This document shows, piece by piece, positions 25,786 to 34,175 of a stretch of 34,175 nt of DNA. Below the pieces are notes generated by a model. It did not search any database. It saw only the letters and a list, made by a program, of their open reading frames with translations, and was not told the DNA's origin. The translations under genes were made by a program, and so were the position numbers. Source of the stretch: Kangiellaceae bacterium (GTDB lineage Bacteria; Pseudomonadota; Gammaproteobacteria; Enterobacterales; Kangiellaceae). Positions within the stretch are counted from its first letter, which is position 1; each line of letters opens with the position of its first letter. The stretch is from assembly GCA_030590405.1 (NCBI GenBank), contig JAUUYO010000001.1, positions 1 through 34,175 of the forward strand. Reading direction: 5' to 3'.

Positions 25786-27438
25786 ATGATAAATGGCCAG
25801 CTGTTTTCCACCCAGTTCAAACAAAGACTTATGCTCGTTATCTGCTGTATTCTGTTGAGCGCCTGTAGTGGTCATCAAATCAGGCAAGATAAGCTACTAA
25901 AAGCCCATCAGACATTCTATGATGATTATGAACCCAATTTGCAAAAATTTAACCGTGAGATCAATCAGTCATTAACCTTACGCAAGCGTTCAGTGAGTTT
26001 TTACACTCAGGAAATGCTGGAAAGTAAGGCTCAATATTTTGATGCCAAAGATATCGCACAAATTCAATCAACGGTTTCAGAGTATAAACGTAACCGCGAT
26101 GTGCTGCTCAATGATATTGCTTTTCGATACCGCAAACTGATTGAAGATGTTGAGTTGAGGTTTGGTCTAACCGAGCCATCGGGATTGGTGAATTATCCGT
26201 CATTCTTTGCCATTGGTGGAAAAAACATACTGCATGTTAACCCCATGGATAAAAAAGGCAGGCAGTACATCAATGTCTTCAAGTTGGGGTTAGCTGCAAC
26301 TTTGACTTTATACGACAACTTTATCATTGCGATTATGCCGTATCAGGAAAATGGCCATTTCCGGCGAAAAATCAATTACGACAATATTGATAATCAAAAA
26401 ATTATCGAAGATATTTCAGGCAACTTCCGTCGATTAGATAATTATAAAGATACCCTGCGAGTGGTTGAATTTAATGATAACGTCAGAAAATGGGAAAAAC
26501 AAAACATCACCCATGCGATGATTTTAGATAAAGATAACGATTATTTTAATGTCCTCATCGATGGAAGTTATACCAATAAACGGATTAAAGATATTTCCTT
26601 ACTTGATCGGTTGGCCTTCCGCACGGTCAGGTTTAGACGTATTTTGCGAGACACCATGTTTGATTTTGGTAATGAGAGCATGAATTTCGTCAGTAAAATA
26701 TTTGGTAATAGCATGGGACTGATTTCTTCAAGAGAAGGCTATCTTAAAAATATTCCCCGCAGTCATAAAGACAAAATTGAAAGTGAATTAATGCCAGGGG
26801 ATATCTTGCTGGAAAAGACTCCCTTTCGTTTGACTGATCGATTTATCCCAGGCCACTGGGGGCATGTGGCGATTTGGACCGGTTCAGAAAAACAGTTAAA
26901 AGAGCTTGGTATTTGGAATGAGTTGCCCGCTCTCTACAAAAAAGCCCAAACAAGACTAGGTTATCAAGGCCCTTCCTTTCAGCAGCAGATTCGCTCGGGG
27001 CATAAAATTATCGAAGCGCTTCGACCCGGCGTACAGATCAATAGTTTAGAGCATTTTTTAGACATTGATGATATGGCGGTTTTACGTGATAAAAAGGTTA
27101 AGCAAGCGGCAATGAAACGGTATTTAACCAGAGCTTTTGAACAGGTTGGCAAGGAGTACGATTTTAATTTTGATGTTGAAACCGATAAAAAAATTGTTTG
27201 CTCCGAGTTGGCATTTGTTGCTTATGACGATTACCAATGGCCAGTGGCTAAAACCGCAGGTCGTTATACGATTTCCCCCGATCATGTCGGTGAAAAAGCT
27301 AATGGTGAAGGGCCTTTTGAACCGGTAATGTTGTATCATGATGGAAAAATAATAGAGAGTAATATTCAAATTAATTTTAACCATTTGATGAAGGCTGAGT
27401 ATCAACAAGTGTCAGCCGATCTTGTGCCTATTCTATAA
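25786..27438 (+). CDS. Lipoprotein with C-terminal permuted papain-fold (YiiX/YaeF, NlpC/P60-superfamily) domain
   Basis: From the ATG at 25786 (AAGGA about 8 nt upstream) the N-terminus is MINGQLFSTQFKQRLMLVICCILLSAC/SG, i.e. a basic n-region, a hydrophobic core and the lipobox L-S-A-C. The C-terminal third has the His-then-Cys permuted order (GDILLEK...IPGHWGHVAIWTG ... IIEALRPGV ... KIVCSELAFVAYDD). About 300 residues in between are unassigned. The track's TTG at 25768 is less likely. Confidence 0.72.
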   Translation: MINGQLFSTQFKQRLMLVICCILLSACSGHQIRQDKLLKAHQTFYDDYEPNLQKFNREINQSLTLRKRSVSFYTQEMLESKAQYFDAKDIAQIQSTVSEYKRNRDVLLNDIAFRYRKLIEDVELRFGLTEPSGLVNYPSFFAIGGKNILHVNPMDKKGRQYINVFKLGLAATLTLYDNFIIAIMPYQENGHFRRKINYDNIDNQKIIEDISGNFRRLDNYKDTLRVVEFNDNVRKWEKQNITHAMILDKDNDYFNVLIDGSYTNKRIKDISLLDRLAFRTVRFRRILRDTMFDFGNESMNFVSKIFGNSMGLISSREGYLKNIPRSHKDKIESELMPGDILLEKTPFRLTDRFIPGHWGHVAIWTGSEKQLKELGIWNELPALYKKAQTRLGYQGPSFQQQIRSGHKIIEALRPGVQINSLEHFLDIDDMAVLRDKKVKQAAMKRYLTRAFEQVGKEYDFNFDVETDKKIVCSELAFVAYDDYQWPVAKTAGRYTISPDHVGEKANGEGPFEPVMLYHDGKIIESNIQINFNHLMKAEYQQVSADLVPIL

Positions 27439-27458
27439 AAATTAAAATTGGTAAGATT

Positions 27459-29873
27459 ATGTCAGGACAAATTAAAACTTCATCAAATCATCATAAGTAC
27501 CATGCGTTTATTTCTTATCGCCATGCTGACAATAAAGAGCAGGGCAGGCAATGGGCGAGCTGGTTACATCAATCGATAGAAACTTACCAGATCCCGTCAG
27601 ATTTAGTCGGTAGAGTCAATGAACGCGGTGATGTGATCGGGGCGAGAATTTTTCCTGTTTTTAGAGATGAAGAAGAGTTACCCGCCCATGCCGACCTTGG
27701 TAATGCGATTGTTAAAGCACTCGACTCGACTCGTCTGCTAATCATTTTATGTTCGCCCAATGCTGTTGCATCGACTTACGTGGCAGATGAAATCGATTAT
27801 TTTAAAAGTTGTGGTCATTCCGACCGGATCATTGCTGTGATGATCGACGGGGAGCCGAATACCAGTTGGGACAGAAGTAAACTGGCGTCAGGTTTTACCG
27901 TAGAAGATGAGTGTTTCCCCATTCCATTACAGTTTGAATATGACGATAAAGGTCAACGAACTGAAAAACACGCCGAACCGATCGCCGCTGATTTTAGAAT
28001 TAACGACAAGGGTAGAACCAAACAAGGTTGGACAACCTCAAACGCCTATAAAAAACACCTAAAAGAATCAAGCAAATATTCGACTAAAGAAATTAATCAA
28101 TTAGTTGAAAAATATCACCAACAACAGCACTTAATGTTGTTAAAAATAATTGCGGGAATATTAGGTGTTCCATTGAGAGAACTGACTCAAAGGGACAAAG
28201 AATATCAACTTGAATTAGCCCGACAAAAAGCAAAAAAATTAAGGCGCTGGTTAGTTGCCGTTGGTTTATTAGCGATTGTAGCGATCACCGCTGGGATTTT
28301 TGCCTATATTCAAATGAAGCAAGCGGCTAAACAGCGGGATAAAGCAGAAGCGGTTTTATTAGAAGTCAAAAATAATTTAAACTTTATGAATTTTGATTTA
28401 CGTGTCGCTCTGGAAACCTATACGCCGTTATCAGTGCAATTAAAGTTAGATAAACAGATCGACACTGTGCTTGGTACTTTGAATACTTATGGGGATGTTT
28501 CCAGTCAATCAATGGAAGATTCCGCAGCAGTTCTGATCCATAAAGCCAATGTTTTGATTAATGATGGAATGGTTGAATTATCCGAAGTTTTAAAGTTAGG
28601 TTTGGAAGCACAAGCAACCTTTGAAAAACTCATAGTTGATGATCCTGATGGCCAATTTCATCAACGCAATTTAGCGGCTGCAAAAGTTTTAATTAATCGT
28701 GTTTATCAACGCCAGGGAAAAAATAATAAAGCGTTGGAATATTGTATTTCGGCCGAACAGATTATTGAAATACTATTGCAGTCAGATCCTGAAAATATCG
28801 AGTTATTATCCGATTTAGCTGATATTCAAAGTGCCATAGGGGATAACTATTCCAATATGGCTGAGCTGGAAGAAGCTTTAATGTTTTTTCAGCGGGCGCT
28901 GGATAGTCGTTTAAATCTGGCTCAAAGAGAAACAGATAACCTGATCCATCAAGACGCGATTGCTTCTTCCTATTCAGATATTGCCACAGTTTATTTGAGC
29001 CTGAGTGAATATCAATCGGCTGAGAAAAATTACTTATCAGCATTAGAGGTTAGAAAAGATCTTAACAATCAATATCCCAATAATAATAAATGGCTTCATA
29101 ATTTATCAGTAGTGAAAAATAACCTGGCAACAACCTATCTCAGAAAGGGAGATTATGATTTAGCTCTGGTCCACTATACCGCATCTTCTGAAATCGATAA
29201 GCGGATGATTCAAGTTGATCCAGATAATATCTCCTGGGGTAAGAGTTATGTGTCCGGGTTATCTAATCTGGGCGATGTTTACCAAAATGTTGAAAATATT
29301 GAAAAAGCTTTTGAGGCTTATCAGAAAGCATTAAATTATGGCGTCACCATAAAATATCAAGAAAATGATTTTTACTGGCAAACCTTTTTACTCGAGTTGC
29401 AAAACAAAATAGCGCCGATTTTTTTACAAAGCAATTGGGTCCAGGAGGCGATTGAGATATATAAAAAGGCGATTACGCGAAATCAATTATTGATCAATAT
29501 GGTTCCTGATGATTCTGATCTGGTTACCGAATTACTTATTTTGCATTATGAGCTGTCTAAAATATATATTTCAAACGAAGAGTTAGAGCGAGCCTATGAG
29601 ACTCGCACCAGTGCGTTGAAAACTATAGAAAATAGCTTATTAAAATTTCCCGGAAATTCAGAGTTAAAACGAAGCAATATGGTGGTTCATTTTCAACTTT
29701 ACCAAATTAAAAATCAAATGCAGAATTTTCAGGGCGCGCTGGATAGCGCCAGGCAAGCACTCGATATCTTGCTACAATTGAAAAGTGATCATCAATTGTC
29801 AGACAGTGATGCTGGTTTGATCGAGCATATTAACAACGTCATAACTAAACTTAATAACTTATTAGAAGGTTGA
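27459..29873 (+). CDS. TIR domain - single TM helix - TPR-repeat protein (804 aa)
   Basis: N-terminal TIR_2-type motifs: YHAFISYRHADN, FPVFRDEEELP, LLIILCSPNAVASTYVADEI (candidate catalytic Glu111, codon 27789-27791) and AVMIDGEPN. A hydrophobic helix WLVAVGLLAIVAITAGIFAYI (about aa 264-284) is preceded by KAKKLRR. The C-terminal about 500 aa are TPR-like repeats (e.g. LSDLADIQSAIGDNYSNMAELEEALMFFQRALDSR; LHNLSVVKNNLATTYLRKGDYDLALVHY). No Walker A seen. Starts 20 nt after the lipoprotein gene. Confidence 0.88.
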   Translation: MSGQIKTSSNHHKYHAFISYRHADNKEQGRQWASWLHQSIETYQIPSDLVGRVNERGDVIGARIFPVFRDEEELPAHADLGNAIVKALDSTRLLIILCSPNAVASTYVADEIDYFKSCGHSDRIIAVMIDGEPNTSWDRSKLASGFTVEDECFPIPLQFEYDDKGQRTEKHAEPIAADFRINDKGRTKQGWTTSNAYKKHLKESSKYSTKEINQLVEKYHQQQHLMLLKIIAGILGVPLRELTQRDKEYQLELARQKAKKLRRWLVAVGLLAIVAITAGIFAYIQMKQAAKQRDKAEAVLLEVKNNLNFMNFDLRVALETYTPLSVQLKLDKQIDTVLGTLNTYGDVSSQSMEDSAAVLIHKANVLINDGMVELSEVLKLGLEAQATFEKLIVDDPDGQFHQRNLAAAKVLINRVYQRQGKNNKALEYCISAEQIIEILLQSDPENIELLSDLADIQSAIGDNYSNMAELEEALMFFQRALDSRLNLAQRETDNLIHQDAIASSYSDIATVYLSLSEYQSAEKNYLSALEVRKDLNNQYPNNNKWLHNLSVVKNNLATTYLRKGDYDLALVHYTASSEIDKRMIQVDPDNISWGKSYVSGLSNLGDVYQNVENIEKAFEAYQKALNYGVTIKYQENDFYWQTFLLELQNKIAPIFLQSNWVQEAIEIYKKAITRNQLLINMVPDDSDLVTELLILHYELSKIYISNEELERAYETRTSALKTIENSLLKFPGNSELKRSNMVVHFQLYQIKNQMQNFQGALDSARQALDILLQLKSDHQLSDSDAGLIEHINNVITKLNNLLEG

Positions 29874-29910
29874 GCAGGTCAATTTCTTGTAATGGAAAAA
29901 ATCAAAGAGC

Positions 29911-32900
29911 ATGACTGATAGTCAAAAATATAAATACAAAGCATTCATCAGTTACAGTCATCAGGACAGTAAGTGGGGCGATTGGCTACATAAAGCGCTA
30001 GAGTCTTACACCGTCCCGAAAACAATTCGTGGAAAGCCCAATCGAGACGGCAAAGTCCCTGATAAGTTATTTCCTGTGTTTAGAGACCGGGAAGAGCTTC
30101 CTACCGCCACTGATTTAGGGGCGGTGATCTCAAACGCCATACAAAGCTCTGCTTATCTAATTGTTATTTGCTCGCCTCGCTCGGCAAAGTCGATGTGGGT
30201 GAATCAGGAGATCATCAACTTTAAAGCTCTGGGCCGAGAAAATCGGGTGCTGGCAATTATTGTCGATGGTGAGCCGAACGGTGCTGACAAACCGGGAATG
30301 GAAGATATTGAATGTTTTCCTGAGGCATTAAAGTTTATAGTGGGTGATGACGGAAAGCAGACTAGCGAAAGAACCGAGCCCATCGCAGCTGATGCACGCG
30401 AGGGAAAAGACGGTAAGAAAAACGCACTGATTAAGTTACTTTCTGGCCTGCTTGGGGTTAATTATGATGATTTAAAGCAACGTGAAAAAACACGTCAGCG
30501 TCATCGCCGAATGACTTATTTTGTCGCGGCGACTTTATTTGCCGCCGTTGGGATTGGTTATTGGCAGTACGCACAAAAAATTGAGAACCAGCGGTTAATT
30601 GAGGAAAGCCAATCACTCGCCATTCAATCACAAGAAGCTCTAAAACAAGGTGATAGTAAAAGGGCGATATCTCTAGCGCTTAAAGCATTGCCTGAGGATC
30701 TGGACGATGCTGACAGACCTTGGGTAGAGTCAGCCGAAAATGCCCTGTCAAGGGCGATGTATCAACACAAGGAGCAATATTCGTTTAAGGCTCATCAAGG
30801 CAAAGCCACTCATGTGATATCCAGTCCAGATGGTCGTTATTTATTCACTGCTGGTGACGATAGAAAAATAAAAAAGTGGAATGTAAGCCGTCAACAACTG
30901 ATTGAGCAATTTGACAATCATCATGCGCCGTTACTGATTCTCTCCCATCATCCAATATTGCCAATACTGCTTAGCTGGGATGTTGATAGCCATGTGATTA
31001 TTCGCGACTTGGACAGCCATCAAGTTTTGGCAAAATTTGATCACTATGGTACCGATTATAATAAAAATGTTCGTTGGAGCGATGATGGCCAATTGGTTTT
31101 TATTAATCAAACGGCATGGAGCCTGAAAAATAAAACGGAAGTTTCATTAGATTTTTCTAGCACAGCGAGCCAATATGAAAATACCGTTTATCTTCCCATA
31201 CAAGGAGCGACTGACACGGCGATTGTTGATAGCGGCAATATTACCCTGGTTGATTTGGAAAACCGTAAAGAAATTGGCCATTTATCAATCGCTGAATCAG
31301 TTGATAAGCATCCTGGTGATATTGCCTTGATAGCATTGATCGATCAGAAAAAATATTATTTAGCCATCTATCAGGGGGGTGGTGCTTATTTATTTGATGC
31401 TAAAACCTATCAGTTGATCAAAAAATTATCCCACAAGATTGCAATTTTACTCGATTCGGATTGGGAAGATGGTAAGTTACTCCATTTTACCGATTATGAA
31501 TTTCGTCTTTGGGATCCTCAAACGGGTGTCGATCGGCTTTTGCACCCGGAAGCAGAAAGGATCATCATCAGCAAAGGCGTTAGTCTGGTTCAGGGGCGTG
31601 AACATCTCGCCATGATCAAATACAGTGATAAAATTCAGTTATTTGATTTAAAATTGGGACAAGTGACCAAAACTTTTACTAGTGGAAAAAAGCAGGATAG
31701 TTCCTCTTCCATTTATAACCAGATTGAACTGATCCAGGCGGCGAGTTTTAATCCTGACAATGGATTGTTAAATATAGCACTTATTGATGGTCGTATTCGT
31801 GCTTTTTTATTGGCAGATTTAGATAAAAGCTTATCGATTAATTTAAACTCGCCGATCAAAGAACTGATCCATTCTAAAGATCAGCGATTTTATGCCGCCT
31901 ATCTGACCAGCGGTGAGCTAAAACTGATTGATATAGAAAACAAAAAAATATTATCGGTTGCCGAAAATATCTCTTTAAGTGCTTTTACTTTTGCCAATGG
32001 TGGGAATCATCTGGCAATAATATCGGACAATCGAGTGAGCCTTTATGATACCAGTCAGCTGGTTGACTCTACAAAGCCAGTTACTCCGAAAGTCATGTTG
32101 CCCTTTGCGATAGAGGTGTCGCTGAAAGCTAAAATTATTCTTTCAAAAAGTGGTCAAAAAATAGGCTTAGTCAGTAATTATGATCAGCTAGCGATCTATG
32201 ACTTTAAACTCAAACAGTGGTTATCAATGCCAACCAGTAGCGGCTTGCAGGCTATTAATGCTGTGGCTGATCGTTGGCTGGTTAATTCGACGGATTTAAA
32301 ATTAACCAGGTTGGATAATGAGCTTATTCAACAGCATGAATCAGTCCTGCAAGATAAGCAGCTTTATCCTTTTTATCCTGATATTTATAAGTTTGATCAA
32401 ACAATGAATCATTCAATCTGGCTGGACAAAAACGGTCAGGTCGAATATCGAAATTTGAAAAAAAATAAATTGATAGCCAGTGTTGCTTTGGGACTAGGCA
32501 ATTCTTTATTCACCGATCTGAGTGCTAACGGTGAACTGGCACTTATAGGTAATTATCAGGAAATTTTACTGGTCAAAGAAAATGCAGTTAACAGCTCTGT
32601 TAGATTCACTCCCCGATTTAGCGATAACACTTCTTTTTTGTTTGCATCTCTTAATCCGCAAGGGAGCCAATTGACACTGGTAGAAAGTCTGTACAATAAC
32701 GGAGACAATCAACAAATCGTTATTTATCAACTGGATCTGTTTGATGAAAAAAAACCGACGATAGTATGGCAGTCTAAAATACTTGATGGACAGTTTACTG
32801 TTTTGCATCACACAAGTGAGGCGATAGTTTTAAAAAGCGATAAAAAACTGGTACTTTTCAATCGGGCAGAGAGAAGTATAAAACAAGCATCTAAACAGTT

Positions 32901-34175
32901 AGAAAATCTGATTTCTTCGATTGTTCAAGTAGGTCCCAAGGGCAGGCAATATGTGATTTATAAAGATGGTTTCTTATCGTTATATAAATTTAATTCCAAC
33001 CAACCCGTTTGGCGAAAAGAAATATATTCGCAGAACATTCTGTTCTTTAATCAAGATGGTCGCTATTTAACTAATGTGGTTAATCACTCTAATGGCGGAA
33101 AAATTGAGATATTAAATAGTCAAACCGGCGATGCCATCGCTACAAATCAGTTACACACAGGGATCGTTTATGGTTTTGATAGCAACGACAAAATCATTTC
33201 CTGGCAACAAAATATAGCGTTATGCTTGTGGGACTGGCAATCAAATCCTTCGATTGATTATGGTGACCGTTTTGATAAAAAAGCAGAATGCAAACAACAT
33301 TATAATAACAACGGGCAGGTGTTTTCAGTTGGCGATCAGCACTTGGTGATTAACGCTATCAGCCAACATCAATATATTGATCAAGACAAAAGTGAAAAGC
33401 TTGGAAAACTAAGTTGCGATACATCTTTCCTTGTTTACCCTTTAAAAACGAATAGCGAATCGGCGACTTGTATTAAACAGACCGATGGTTTTCAATTTTT
33501 TGACATAAACAAGGGCAGAGTCCATTGGCCATTTTTAAGTGAAGATAAAGTGGTTAGTTTTATCCAAAGCCAAAATGGTCGATATTTACTTAGTCTGGAT
33601 AAAACGGGCACTATTCATTTTGTTGATATTAAAAATCCAGTTCAACCGGGTCAGGCAGGCACAATACTCAATAGCAAAAATATTGCTCGATATCAGATTG
33701 ATGACTCCGGACAATATATGTCTTTAATTAAAAAGGACTGGTTGATTGAACTTTGGGATTTAAAGAACAAAAAGAAGCTGCATAGTACACAACTACCAAG
33801 AAATGAACTAAATTATTTAGGGCCGATGGAACTACTTATCAGTGAAACACAGCAATCTGTATTGATGTTTCAAAGTGGCGATATTTATGTATGGAACCCT
33901 GGTAACAAAATTTCCAACTTCAAAGTGGGGCCGATCAGAGCTGGTTCACCAGTAAGAATCAATTTAGACAACAAACGACTGGTGCAAGTTAATTACGATG
34001 GAATTCATTTATGGGATTGGTTTACCGGAAAAAAACTGATCACCCATCCACTACAAGGATATGCTAAAGGGGCCGATACAATTGATTTTCACCCATCACT
34101 TCATTTGTTTTCGATAACCGCCGATGAGCTAACCTTTTTCAATTTTGATGATGGCGCTCAATCTCACATGATAGC
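29911..34175 (+). CDS. TIR domain - single TM helix - WD40/beta-propeller repeat protein, more than 1421 aa, 3' end beyond the window
   Basis: Not in the ORF track because it has no stop in the window. I translated frame 1 from the ATG at 29911 and saw no stop through 34173. Sequence: MTDSQKYKYKAFISYSHQDSKWGDWLHKAL...FPVFRDREELP...YLIVICSPRSAKSMWVNQEI (candidate catalytic Glu100)...IIVDGEPNG...EPIAADAR...LLSGLLGVNYDDLKQREKTRQRHRR. A TM helix follows (MTYFVAATLFAAVGIGYW, about aa 201-218). Then comes one canonical WD40 unit (AHQGKATHVISSPDGRYLFTAGDDRKIKKWNV) and more than 1000 aa of degenerate beta-propeller-like repeats (e.g. SQNGRYLLSLDKTGTIHFVDIKN; LIELWDLKN; GIHLWDWFTGK). Starts 37 nt after the TIR-TPR gene. 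The first in-frame ATG follows a TAA at 29890-29892. Confidence 0.85.
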   Translation, partial: MTDSQKYKYKAFISYSHQDSKWGDWLHKALESYTVPKTIRGKPNRDGKVPDKLFPVFRDREELPTATDLGAVISNAIQSSAYLIVICSPRSAKSMWVNQEIINFKALGRENRVLAIIVDGEPNGADKPGMEDIECFPEALKFIVGDDGKQTSERTEPIAADAREGKDGKKNALIKLLSGLLGVNYDDLKQREKTRQRHRRMTYFVAATLFAAVGIGYWQYAQKIENQRLIEESQSLAIQSQEALKQGDSKRAISLALKALPEDLDDADRPWVESAENALSRAMYQHKEQYSFKAHQGKATHVISSPDGRYLFTAGDDRKIKKWNVSRQQLIEQFDNHHAPLLILSHHPILPILLSWDVDSHVIIRDLDSHQVLAKFDHYGTDYNKNVRWSDDGQLVFINQTAWSLKNKTEVSLDFSSTASQYENTVYLPIQGATDTAIVDSGNITLVDLENRKEIGHLSIAESVDKHPGDIALIALIDQKKYYLAIYQGGGAYLFDAKTYQLIKKLSHKIAILLDSDWEDGKLLHFTDYEFRLWDPQTGVDRLLHPEAERIIISKGVSLVQGREHLAMIKYSDKIQLFDLKLGQVTKTFTSGKKQDSSSSIYNQIELIQAASFNPDNGLLNIALIDGRIRAFLLADLDKSLSINLNSPIKELIHSKDQRFYAAYLTSGELKLIDIENKKILSVAENISLSAFTFANGGNHLAIISDNRVSLYDTSQLVDSTKPVTPKVMLPFAIEVSLKAKIILSKSGQKIGLVSNYDQLAIYDFKLKQWLSMPTSSGLQAINAVADRWLVNSTDLKLTRLDNELIQQHESVLQDKQLYPFYPDIYKFDQTMNHSIWLDKNGQVEYRNLKKNKLIASVALGLGNSLFTDLSANGELALIGNYQEILLVKENAVNSSVRFTPRFSDNTSFLFASLNPQGSQLTLVESLYNNGDNQQIVIYQLDLFDEKKPTIVWQSKILDGQFTVLHHTSEAIVLKSDKKLVLFNRAERSIKQASKQLENLISSIVQVGPKGRQYVIYKDGFLSLYKFNSNQPVWRKEIYSQNILFFNQDGRYLTNVVNHSNGGKIEILNSQTGDAIATNQLHTGIVYGFDSNDKIISWQQNIALCLWDWQSNPSIDYGDRFDKKAECKQHYNNNGQVFSVGDQHLVINAISQHQYIDQDKSEKLGKLSCDTSFLVYPLKTNSESATCIKQTDGFQFFDINKGRVHWPFLSEDKVVSFIQSQNGRYLLSLDKTGTIHFVDIKNPVQPGQAGTILNSKNIARYQIDDSGQYMSLIKKDWLIELWDLKNKKKLHSTQLPRNELNYLGPMELLISETQQSVLMFQSGDIYVWNPGNKISNFKVGPIRAGSPVRINLDNKRLVQVNYDGIHLWDWFTGKKLITHPLQGYAKGADTIDFHPSLHLFSITADELTFFNFDDGAQSHMI

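Noticed and set aside
25476-25820. ORFs 25476-25820 (minus) and 25522-25713 (plus) in the patatin/TIR-operon intergenic region
   Set aside because: They run through the two long hairpins and overlap the lipoprotein start. The composition is typical of read-through of structured non-coding DNA.
32566-33727. Track ORFs 32566-32811 (minus) and 33539-33727 (plus)
   Set aside because: Both lie inside, and out of frame with or antisense to, the continuous frame-1 TIR-TM-WD40 ORF, which has far stronger coding evidence.
27459-34175. STAND (NB-ARC/NACHT) NTPase module between the TIR and the TPR/WD40 repeats
   Set aside because: I looked for a Walker A GxxxxGK[ST] in both proteins and found none. 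The inter-domain segment is instead a conserved juxtamembrane motif plus one hydrophobic helix.
1-34175. tRNA, rRNA, tmRNA, integron attC or prophage att sites
   Set aside because: No cloverleaf-like or rRNA-like sequence was recognised in the intergenic regions I inspected. No integrase gene is present in the window. This cannot be fully excluded without tRNAscan/Infernal.

Overview
AT-rich chromosomal segment of gammaproteobacterial type. All gene calls come from reading motifs by eye; no searches were run. The left part is conserved housekeeping synteny: rnfD(partial)-C-B-A and metG on the minus strand, then divergent apbC/mrp, then dcd. Small accessory insertions follow. One is an intact IS1595-family element with perfect 23-24 bp terminal inverted repeats. 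It abuts a two-gene module encoding a Pol-beta-type nucleotidyltransferase (AbiE-like). The middle carries an LLM oxidoreductase, topB, a decayed about 750 bp stretch (outer-membrane-protein gene relic, IS-end-like relics, short repeats), a PQQ-type dehydrogenase, a serine hydrolase, a GAF-GAF-GGDEF-EAL protein, a truncated globin, and murQ, an NhaC-family transporter and alr. The most interesting region is the right end, about 24.3-34.2 kb. A patatin-like phospholipase sits divergent from a tightly packed three-gene operon. That operon encodes (i) a lipoprotein with a permuted-papain (YiiX/YaeF-like) domain, (ii) a TIR-single TM helix-TPR protein and (iii) a paralogous TIR-single TM helix-WD40/beta-propeller protein of more than 1421 aa. 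The third gene is absent from the supplied ORF track because it runs off the window. Both TIR modules keep the catalytic-Glu motif, and neither has a STAND NTPase between TIR and repeats. The predicted topology puts the repeat sensors outside the cytoplasm. I propose this as a candidate uncharacterised envelope-sensing TIR conflict or defence system. Other observations: a 31-nt REP-like palindromic element in three copies, two of which bracket the globin gene in inverted orientation; twin long stem-loops in the patatin/operon intergenic region; an 8.9-unit 9-bp tandem repeat upstream of dcd; an 18-nt dyad motif shared between the IS and the topB upstream region; and a G9 homopolymer tract. I recognised no tRNA, rRNA or CRISPR array.
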